Of a stretch of 37,596 nt of DNA, positions 29,535-37,596 are shown in pieces. The DNA is taken from the NCBI GenBank assembly GCA_963769025.1, contig CAVYKI010000013.1, positions 1-37,596 on the forward strand. The letters are read 5' to 3'. The notes under the pieces were generated by a model, which was given only the letters and a program-made list of their open reading frames with translations, did not search any database and was not told the origin of the DNA. The position numbers were made by a program, and so were the translations under genes. The stretch's first letter is position 1; each line of letters opens with the position of its first letter. Source of the DNA: an uncultured Verrucomicrobiae bacterium (GTDB lineage: Bacteria > Verrucomicrobiota > Verrucomicrobiia > Chthoniobacterales > Chthoniobacteraceae).

Positions 29535-29938
29535 CCCTTGGACTGCGGCAGCTCGCTGCCGCTTTCCGTTCCGAGGCTTGCCGAGGAAATCTCCGCTCCT
29601 CCCACGCTCGCCGAGGCTCGCCCTCCCTGGACTGCGGCAGCTTGCTGCCGCTTTTCGTTCCGAGGCTTGCCGAGGAAATCCCCGCTCCTCCCGCGCTCGC
29701 CAAGGCTCGCCTTCCAAAGCGGCAGCGAGCTGCCGCAGTCCAAGGATGCCGCTTTTGGTTCCGAGGCTTGCCGAGGAAATCTCGCCGCCTCCCACGCTCG
29801 CCAAGGCTCGCCTTCCCCTGGACTGCGGCAGCTTGCTGCCGCTTTTCGTTCCGAGGCTTGCCGAGGAAATCCCCGCTCCGCTCCCGCGCTCGCCGAGGCT
29901 CGCCCTCCAAAGCGGCAGCGAGCTGCCGCAGTCCAGGG
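29535..29938. repeat. GGAC-family REP array, four internal modules (BIME-like)
   Basis: Four box-A/spacer/box-B modules joined by whole or half hairpins. Confidence 0.92.
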
Positions 29939-29961
29939 ACATGACCGCCCGTGACCGGAAG

Positions 29962-31048
29962 ATGAAACGCGTGGTCGTTTACCGCGTCGGGAGCCTCGGC
30001 GATGCGCTGGTCGTCTTGCCGGCATTCCACCTCGTCCGGCAGGCGTTTCCGGATGCGCATCTGACCTTGCTCACGAATTTCCCGATCAACTCCAAGGCGG
30101 CGCCGATGGAGGGGATCCTCCGGAATACCGGTCTTTACGATGACACGCTGAGCTATCCTTCATCGATGCGCGATGTGCGCGAGCTGTGGAAGCTGAGGAA
30201 GCAGTTGAAGGCCGGGCGCTACGACGGCCTCGTGTATCTGGCAAAGCCCAAGGGCGGCCTGCTCGCGAGCATCCGGGATTACCTGTTCTTCCGCTCCTGT
30301 GGCATTCGCAGGGTGATCGGTGTCCCGATGTCCCGGCGGACGCTCCGCTGCGAGCCCCTTCCCGGGACGGTGCTCCACAAGTCCGAAACCGTGCGCACCA
30401 TGGAGTCGCTGGAGAGCCTCGGCACGGCGGACCTGAAGGATCCGCAATGGTGGGACATGCGGCTCACCCCGGCGGAGATCGCGGAGGCGGATGCCGTGCT
30501 CGCGAAGCACGGGGTCGCCGCGCCATTTCTCGCAGCGAGCGTCGGGACCAAGCACCAGGCGAACGACTGGGAGGAGCCGAACTGGATGGAACTGACGCGG
30601 CGCCTCGCGGCTGCGCATCCCGGGTTGCCACTCGTCCTATTCGGAGTGGCGGAGGAAAAGGATCGCTCGGAACGCATGCTGGCGCTGTGGCGCGGGCCGA
30701 AGGCCAACCTCTGCGGGGAGACCTCGCCGCGGGTGAGCGCGGCGGTGCTCCGCAACGCGTCCGTGATGGTCTGCCATGACAGCGGACCCATGCATCTCGC
30801 GGCGACGATGGGGGTGCCATGCGTCGCGATTTTCTCGGCGCGCAATCCGCCCGGCGAGTGGCATCCGCACGGCGACCACCACGCGATCCTCTGTCACGAG
30901 ACTCCGTGCCGGGGATGCGAACTCACCGTGTGTGTCGAAAACAGGAAGGCCTGCATCCTTTCCATCACCGTCGACGAGGTTGCGCCGCGGTGCGAACATC
31001 ACTCGTGCCGCGGGAGCAGCCGCCGCGGCATCCCCGTCGCAATCATGA
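29962..31048 (+). CDS. Glycosyltransferase family 9 (heptosyltransferase-like); likely frameshift near 30985
   Basis: RVGSLGD, NLCGETS, VCHDSGPMHLAATMGVPCVAIF, PCRGC....C. A TGA at 31046-31048 in the adjacent frame overlaps the next ATG. Confidence 0.85.
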
Positions 31049-31715
31049 GCCTTGGTTTTTTACTCCGTGCATTGGTCTGCATCCTCCCGTGGCCGCTGCG
31101 CCGGCGGGCGCTGAAGGCATTCTACGGCTATGACATTCACAGGACGGCGCGCATGGGGTTCTGCTTCGTGTTCCCGCGGCACCTCATCATGGAGGAAAAG
31201 ACCATCATCGGGCACCTGACGGTGTGCGTGCATCTCGACCTCGTGCACATGAAGTCCCACTCCTCGATCGGCCGGGGCAACTGGATCACCGGCTTTCCCA
31301 CGAACTCGCCGGACTACTTCTTCCACCAGTCGGACCGGCGCGCGGAATTGGTCCTGGGCGAGCATTCGGCGATCACAAACCGGCACATCGTGGACTGCAC
31401 CAACCGCGTCAGCATCGGGCGTTTCAGCACCTTCGCGGGATTCCGCTCGCAGATCCTGGCGCACAGCATCGACATCGAAAAGGGCCGCCAGTCCTCCATG
31501 CCGGTCACCATCGGCGACTACTGCTTTGTCGGCACCGACTGCGTGCTGCTGGGCGGCAGCTCGCTTCCGAATTATTCCGTCCTCGGCGCCAAGTCGCTGC
31601 TGACCCATGCGTATGTGGACGAGTACACGCTCTACGGCGGCGTCCCTCGCGGCCGATCCGGGTGCTGTCGAAGGACTGCGAGTATTTCAAACGCACCACC
31701 GGCCATGTCGGGTAG
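31045..31715 (+). CDS. Hexapeptide-repeat (LbH) acyltransferase; frameshift near 31645
   Basis: VSIGRFSTFAG, PVTIGDYCFVGTDCVLLGGSSLP, LYGGVP(A)RPIR. Confidence 0.82.
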
Positions 31716-31738
31716 CCTCCTGTTGAAAAGCGTCTCGT

Positions 31739-31973
31739 CCCTGGACTGCGGCAGCTCGCTGCCGCTTTTCTTTCCGAGGCTTGCCGAGGAAATCGTACCG
31801 CCCTGCGCGGCAAGCCCCCACGCTCGCCAAGGCTCGCCTTCCAAAGCGGCAGCGAGCTGCCGCAGTCCAGGGCTCCCGCTTTTCCTTCCGGGGCTTGCCG
31901 GGGAATTTTCCGCGCCCCCGCGCTCGCCAAGGCTCGCCCTCCAAAGCGGCAGCGAGCTGCCGCAGTCCAAGGG
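31739..31973. repeat. GGAC-family REP array, two modules
   Basis: Same hairpin and box sequences as the other copies. Confidence 0.92.
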
Positions 31974-32097
31974 GGCCTCCGGTCCGCCCTTCACGGCGGC
32001 TGCCGCCGGCCTTCGCCTGCGCCGTTACACAACTGTCACCGGCAAGCCCATCTTCCTCCTTTCAGCGGGAGCGGTTCGGCGTAAACGATTCGACTGA

Positions 32098-33918
32098 ATG
32101 TGCGGCATCGCAGCAGTCATGAGCAAATCGGGTCCGGCGCGTGCGCTGGGGCTTGAGCATCTGAGGCACCGTGGCCCCGACGGCTCGGGCGAATGGACTT
32201 CCCCGGACGGGCGCATCTGGCTCGGCCACACGCGGCTCGCGATTGTCGATCTCTCACCGACGGGCGCGCAGCCGATGCACGACGAGGAGACGGGCAACGT
32301 GATCGTCTTCAACGGCGAGATCTACAATCACCAGCAACTGCGCGCGGAGATGCGGAGATCGGAAATCCAATGGAAGGGCACCTCCGATACCGAGACGCTG
32401 CTCAACGGTTACCGGGTGTGGGGCCCGGAGGTGGTGAGGCGTGCCAAGGGCATGTTTGCCTTCGTCATTTATGATGCTGCGAAAAACGGCCTTTTCGTCG
32501 CGCGCGGACCGCTGGGAATCAAACCGCTCTACCATGAGTCGTCCGAAGACGGGATGCGGTTTGCATCGGAAATGCGCGCCCTGGTCGCGGGGACGCAGCG
32601 GGAGTGTGATGCAAAGGGCATCAGCTCGTTTCTGCAATGGGGCTCATGCCCGGAGACGGAGTTCATTTTCCCAAAGGTCAGGATGCTCGGAGCAGGCCAC
32701 TGGATGACGGTCGCCGCCGACGGCACCGTCGAGACGGAGCGCTACTGGCCGGCGCATAAGCTTCCAGCCATCCCGGCGACCGCCGCGCCCGCGCATGTCC
32801 GCAAGCTGGTGGAGCAGGCCGTCGCCTCGCACCTCATGGCCGACGTTCCGGTCGCGTCGTTTCTCAGCGGCGGCATCGATTCCTCCATCATCACCGCCAT
32901 CGCCTCGCGGGCCATGGGCAAGGGCCGGCTGCGCACATTTTCCGTGGGTTTTCCGCATCAGGAATTTGATGAAACCTCGGTGGCCTCGGAGGTCGCGCGG
33001 CGCTACGGCACCGAGCACACGCGGATCGAGGTGAAGGACGAGGAGGCGATCGTGCTGGTGCAGGAGGCGGTCGGCAAAATGGATGCGCCGTCGGTCGATG
33101 CCATCAACACCTACATCGTGTCGAAGAAGGTGGCGCAGCACGGCATCAAGGTGGCCATGTCCGGCCTCGGCGCGGACGAATTGTTCGGCGGCTACCCGAG
33201 TTTCCACGACGCGCCGCGCCTGCGGCTCCTTGCGGCCATCCCGAAGGTAATCCGAAGGCTGGGCGCGCCATTCGGCAAACTCGGGGCGCGCCTCGCGGAC
33301 CTGCCCCACGGGGATCTGACCGCCATCGCGATCTGGCGGCGCAGGCTTTGGAGCGATGAGATGTTGCGCGAAGCGGGCCTGCCGCTGAGCCCGCTGCAGA
33401 CCGAAACGCCGCCGAAGCTCGCGGATGGATTCGCGCGGATCAGCTGGGCGGAAATCGCCGTGTACATGCGGCAGATGCTCCTGCGCGATTCCGACCAGAT
33501 GAGCATGGCGGTGTCGCTGGAGTTGCGCGTGCCTTTCCTGGATCGGGATCTCGTCGAATACGTCCTGAGCCTGCCGGCGCGCGAGAAGACCCGCCACCCC
33601 GGCAGCAAGGGCCTGCTCGTGGAAGCCTGCCGGGATCTGCTTCCGGAGAATGTTTACAACCGTCGGAAGATGGGATTTGTCCTGCCCATGGATCTCTGGA
33701 TGCGCGGGCCGCTCGAGACTTTCTCGGACGCCGGACTCGCGGAGGTGGAACGGCTCGCCGTGCTCGCGCCCGGGACGATCCCGCGGATCCGGAAGCAGTT
33801 CCTCGACGGCAAGCTTCACTGGACGCGGATCTGGTCCCTCGTCGTGCTCGGACATTACCTGAAAAAGCAGACGGTATATGCAGGCGTTCACGCCGCGGCG
33901 CTCGCGCACGCGACATAG
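32098..33918 (+). CDS. asnB: Asparagine synthase (glutamine-hydrolysing) family amidotransferase, polysaccharide-locus type
   Basis: N-terminal MCGI nucleophile, HRGPD, FNGEIYN, LSGGIDSS, SGLGADELFGGY, ELRVPFLD. Confidence 0.93.
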   Translation: MCGIAAVMSKSGPARALGLEHLRHRGPDGSGEWTSPDGRIWLGHTRLAIVDLSPTGAQPMHDEETGNVIVFNGEIYNHQQLRAEMRRSEIQWKGTSDTETLLNGYRVWGPEVVRRAKGMFAFVIYDAAKNGLFVARGPLGIKPLYHESSEDGMRFASEMRALVAGTQRECDAKGISSFLQWGSCPETEFIFPKVRMLGAGHWMTVAADGTVETERYWPAHKLPAIPATAAPAHVRKLVEQAVASHLMADVPVASFLSGGIDSSIITAIASRAMGKGRLRTFSVGFPHQEFDETSVASEVARRYGTEHTRIEVKDEEAIVLVQEAVGKMDAPSVDAINTYIVSKKVAQHGIKVAMSGLGADELFGGYPSFHDAPRLRLLAAIPKVIRRLGAPFGKLGARLADLPHGDLTAIAIWRRRLWSDEMLREAGLPLSPLQTETPPKLADGFARISWAEIAVYMRQMLLRDSDQMSMAVSLELRVPFLDRDLVEYVLSLPAREKTRHPGSKGLLVEACRDLLPENVYNRRKMGFVLPMDLWMRGPLETFSDAGLAEVERLAVLAPGTIPRIRKQFLDGKLHWTRIWSLVVLGHYLKKQTVYAGVHAAALAHAT

Positions 33919-33935
33919 CCGGCGAGGCCCGCCCT

Positions 33936-34138
33936 CCCTGGACTGCGGCAGCTCGCTGCCGCTTTCGTTTCCGAGGCTTGCCGAGGAATTTCCACGCTCC
34001 CCGCTCGCCAAGGCTCGCCCTCCCTGGACTGCGGCAGCTCGCTGCCGCTTTCGTTTCCGAGGCTTGCCGAGGAATTCCACGCCCCCCGCTCGCCAAGGCT
34101 CGCGCCCCAAAGCGGCAGCGAGCTGCCGCAGTCCAGGG
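33936..34138. repeat. GGAC-family REP array, two modules (plus a box-B remnant at 33918-33937)
   Basis: Same hairpin and box sequences as the other copies. Confidence 0.92.
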
Positions 34139-34222
34139 CGCCGCTTTCCCTTGCGAAGCTTGAATACAGCCGTCCGACTCACAATGGTTCCGCGCTCTTC
34201 TCCCACCGTCCCCACCGCCCCC

Positions 34223-35386
34223 ATGCGCCTCCTCCGTTCCATCCGCTCCGTGAACCCCGCCGGGGGCGGGCCGATCGAGGGGATCAGGCAGGTCGCGAAA
34301 GTCCACGCCGCCGCGGGCCACGGGACCGAACTCGTCTCGCTGGATGATCCCGCCGACCCGTGGGTGCGGGAATGCCCGGTGAAGGTCCACGCCCTCGGCC
34401 CGGTGAAATCGAGCTACGGATACTCGCGCCAATTTTCCCCGTGGATCGCGGCGCACCGCAGGGAATACGACGCGGTGATCGTGAGCGGGCTCTGGCAATA
34501 CAGCGGCTTCGGCACGTGGCGCGCGCTCCGCGGGACGGACACGCCGTATTTCGTTTTCCCGCACGGCATGCTCGACCCGTGGTTCAAGCGCGCCTACCCG
34601 CTCAAGCACCTGAAAAAATGGCTCTACTGGCCGTGGGCCGACTACCGGGTGCTGCGCGATGCGCGCGCGGTGCTCTTCACCTCCGAGGAGGAAAGGCGCG
34701 CGGCCCGCGAATCGTTCTGGCTCTACCGCTGCAACGAAGTCGTCGTGAACTACGGCATCGCCGGCCCGGACGCGGACGCCGCGCTCCAGCGCAGCGCCGT
34801 GCTCGCAAAGTTTCCCGCGCTCGAGGGCCGGCGCGTCTTTCTTTACCTCGGGCGCATCCACGAAAAGAAAGGCTGCGACCTGCTCGTGCGCGCCTTCGCA
34901 AAAACGGCGGCGGCCGATGACGGCATCCGCCTCGTCTTCGCCGGACCGGATCAGACCGGATGGGCGGACGAACTCCGCGCGCTCGCAGCCGGCCTCGGCA
35001 TCGCCGACCGCATCGTGTGGACCGGCATGGTCGCCGGCGATCTGAAGTGGGGCCTGCTGCGCCTGGCCGAGGTGTTCATCCTCCCGTCGCACCAGGAAAA
35101 TTTCGGCATCGCCGTCGCCGAGGCGCTCGCGTGCGGGACGCCCGTGCTCATTTCCAACAAGGTGAACATCTGGCGCGAGATCGAGGCCGATGGCGCCGGG
35201 CTCGTGGACGACGACGACGAACCGGGCACCGTGCGGCTCCTCCAGCGCTGGCTCGCGATGCCCGCCGCGCAAAGGGAGGCGATGAAGCCGATCGCCGAGC
35301 GCAGCTTCCGGTCGCGTTTCGAAGTCACCCAGGCGGCCGAGGCGCTGATCCGGACGATCCAGCCGACGGGAAAGAACGTGTCGTGA
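34223..35386 (+). CDS. Glycosyltransferase family 4
   Basis: PAGGGP, VFPHGMLDPW, LYLGRIHEKKG, LPSHQENFGIAVAEALACGTPVLIS. Confidence 0.92.
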   Translation: MRLLRSIRSVNPAGGGPIEGIRQVAKVHAAAGHGTELVSLDDPADPWVRECPVKVHALGPVKSSYGYSRQFSPWIAAHRREYDAVIVSGLWQYSGFGTWRALRGTDTPYFVFPHGMLDPWFKRAYPLKHLKKWLYWPWADYRVLRDARAVLFTSEEERRAARESFWLYRCNEVVVNYGIAGPDADAALQRSAVLAKFPALEGRRVFLYLGRIHEKKGCDLLVRAFAKTAAADDGIRLVFAGPDQTGWADELRALAAGLGIADRIVWTGMVAGDLKWGLLRLAEVFILPSHQENFGIAVAEALACGTPVLISNKVNIWREIEADGAGLVDDDDEPGTVRLLQRWLAMPAAQREAMKPIAERSFRSRFEVTQAAEALIRTIQPTGKNVS

Positions 35387-35399
35387 ATGGGCGCGGCGT

Positions 35400-35511
35400 C
35401 CCTGGACTGCGGCAGCTCGCTGCCGCTTTGGAGGGCGAGCCTCGGCGAGTGCGGGGGCTTCCTCAGCAAGCTTCGGAAGGAAAAGCGGCAGCGAGCTGCC
35501 GCAGTCCAGGG
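35400..35511. repeat. GGAC-family composite REP immediately upstream of the RAYT (reverse orientation)
   Basis: Both hairpins present. Box B comes first and box A is degenerate. Confidence 0.92.
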
Positions 35512-35559
35512 CGCACTCCTTCGTTGACCGCCGGGAGAGTGCCCGCCAGCGTCGGCCGT

Positions 35560-36135
35560 ATGACACAGGACTCCGCTGGCAAGGGCACGCGGGATTGGCC
35601 CCACGCACCGCCACATCGGCTCGGGGAATCGGGTTCGTATTTCGTCACGGCGCGAACCCGCGAAAAGATCCGCCACTTTCACACACCCGAACGCCTGACG
35701 TGGGTGCGTGATCATTTGCTGGAACTCTCCGCACACTATCGCTGGCGAATGGAAGCATGGGCCGTCCTCCCGAATCACTATCACTTCATCGCGCATAGTC
35801 CCGAAGGCGCGACCTCGGCCGGGTCGCTCCGGACATTCCTGAAGCACCTGCACGGGGACATCACCCGGCACATCAACCGGCTGGATGGCACCGAGGGGCG
35901 GCGCATCTGGCAAAACTACCGCGAGACCCGCCTCACCCATGAGGAATCGTATCTCTCGCGGCTCAGCTACACGCACAACAATCCCGCCCACCACGGCCTC
36001 GTTCCGCTGGCGGCCCAATACGAATGGTGTTCCGCCGCCGCATTCGAGCGCGCATGCACGCCCGCGTGGGTGAAGACGATCTACAGCTTCAGGTTCGACA
36101 AAATCGCCGAAGCCGACGGCGACGGCGACATGTAG
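35560..36135 (+). mobile_element. REP-associated tyrosine transposase (RAYT/TnpA-REP, Y1 HUH endonuclease), 191 aa
   Basis: GSYFVT N-terminal motif, HUH motif VLPNHYHF, IWQNY, catalytic Tyr in YTHNNP, EWCSA. Flanked on both sides by REP elements. No tnpB. Confidence 0.9.
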
Positions 36136-36155
36136 GCGCGTTGCCCGGCCTCCCC

Positions 36156-36524
36156 CCCTGGACTGCGGCAGCTCGCTGCCGCTTTTGTTTCCGAGGCTTG
36201 CCGAGGAAATCTCCGATCCCCCGCGCTCGCCGAGGCTCGCCTTCCAAAGCGGCAGCGAGCTGCCGCAGTCCAAGGCTGCCGCTTTTGTTTCCGAGGCTTG
36301 CCGAAACCCTGCGGAACTCCCATCACCGGATTCCCCTCGGATCCCCCGCGCTCGCCGAGGCTCGCCTTCCAAAGCGGCAGCGAGCTGCCGCAGTCCAAGG
36401 CTGCCGCTTTTGTTTCCGAGGCTTGCCGAGGAAGCCTGCGAACTTCCATCACCGATCCCCTCCGATCCCCCGCGCTCGCCGAGGCTCGCCCTCCAAAGCG
36501 GCAGCGAGCTGCCGCAGTCCAGGG
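36156..36524. repeat. GGAC-family REP array downstream of the RAYT, three modules (forward orientation)
   Basis: One full left hairpin and three right hairpins. Junctions read CAGTCCAAG|GCTGCCGCTTTT. Confidence 0.92.
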
Positions 36525-36579
36525 TGCAGCTTGAATGCGAAATTGCATTGCGGGCGGCAACTGTGTTCGTGTGCGCGCG

Positions 36580-37596
36580 ATGAGAATCACCATTGTCCAG
36601 GGCGCGTTCCTGCCGGTTCCGCCCCTGCGTGGCGGGGCGGTGGAGAAGATCTGGTTTGCGCTCGGCAAGGAATTCGCGCGCCGCGGCCATGAGGTGACGC
36701 ACATCTCGCGGAGCTTCGGCGGGCTGCCGCGCACGGAGGTCATCGGTGGGGTCCGTCACATCCGCGCGGGAGGCTTCGACGCCCCGCGACGGCTGCTCTT
36801 CCTGAAGGTGCTGGACCTTTTCTACTCGCTGCGTGTGCGCCTGCTGCTGCCGCCGGCGGACATCGTCGTCACGAACACCTTCTGGCTGCCGGTGCTCATC
36901 CGCTCGCAGCGCCCCGGAAAGCTCTACGTCCACGTCGCGCGCTATCCGCGCGGGCAGATGCGATTCTACCGCCACGCCGCGCGGCTGCAGACGGTATCCG
37001 GGCCGATCCAGTCCGCCATCATCGAGGAAGTCCCGGATCGGGCCGCCGCCGTGCGTTGCATTCCGTATCCGCTTCCGGACGCCCCGCCTCCCGGCGCGCG
37101 GACGGATGCGCGCGCTCGCGCGGGAAGGTGCTGCTTTACGCGGGCCGCGTGCATCCGGAAAAGGGCATCCACCTGCTCGTCGAGGCGATGGGGCTGCTCG
37201 CGGGCACGATCCCTCCGGAGTGGAAGCTCGTCATCGTCGGGCCATGGGAGGCGAACGCCGGCGGCGGAGGGAAGAGCTACCTTGAAGAGTTGAAGCGAAT
37301 CGCACAGCCTGTCGCCGAACGCGTCGAGTTCACCGGCCCCGTCTTCGATTCCGGCCAGCTCGCGCATTTCTACCAGATGGCATCCCTTTTCGTTTATCCG
37401 TCGCTCGCTGAACGCGGGGAAACCTTCGGCGTCGCGCCGCTCGAAGCCATGTCGCACGGATGTCCCGCCCTGGTGTCCGATCTCGCGTGCTTCCGGGATT
37501 TCATCGGGGACGGGGTGAATGGATTCGTTTTCGACCACCGCACGCCGCGGCCGGCGGAGGTGCTCGCGGGGAAAATCCGGGAATTGATCCAGGATC
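36580..37596 (+). CDS. Glycosyltransferase family 4 (frameshift near 37120; runs off the window)
   Basis: PVPPLRGGAVEK, LLYAGRVHPEKG, YPSLAERGETFGVAPLEAMSHG. Confidence 0.88.

Noticed and set aside
29535..29938. CRISPR-like repeat-spacer array in the REP clusters
   Set aside because: Spacers are related to each other, low-complexity and variable in length. Repeats occur in both orientations and are dispersed between genes, which fits REP/BIME organisation.
29485..32097. 870-aa GT9-acyltransferase fusion ORF
   Set aside because: Both ends are translated REP DNA. An ATGA overlap at 31045-31048 in the adjacent frame indicates two genes joined by an indel.
35560..36135. IS200/IS605 insertion sequence
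   Set aside because: No tnpB, and the flanks are multi-copy REP elements dispersed across the locus, which fits a RAYT.

Overview
GC-rich bacterial chromosomal window. Gene families and repeat style suggest Verrucomicrobiota, but that is inference. Many genes carry single-base indels typical of an unpolished long-read assembly. 1-13 kb holds a FabF-like ketosynthase translationally coupled to two sensor histidine kinases, a TPR-redoxin protein, a Tat-exported sugar-phosphate isomerase/epimerase, an unannotated 31-aa membrane ORF, an exported hypothetical protein, an ABC ATPase-permease fusion and an AsmA-like protein. 13.2-37.6 kb is a large surface-polysaccharide locus: Wzx-like flippase, Wzy-like membrane protein, about eight glycosyltransferases, two methyltransferases, two LbH acyltransferases, an SDR epimerase and AsnB. 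This locus is colonised by one family of composite palindromic repeats (GGAC-T-GCGGCAGC-TC-GCTGCCGC hairpin ends, two internal conserved boxes, variable spacer; 9 loci, about 16 modules). It also contains the likely cognate REP-associated tyrosine transposase (RAYT, 35560-36135). The most unusual region is a ~3.8-kb, mostly antisense cassette (19342-23128) bounded by two sister copies of that repeat in direct orientation. It carries a 21-bp tandem array, an uncharacterised protein with a Trp-periodic leader, a four-helix-bundle gene wrapped in GAGAC-core octamer repeats, and a collagen-like fibre protein.
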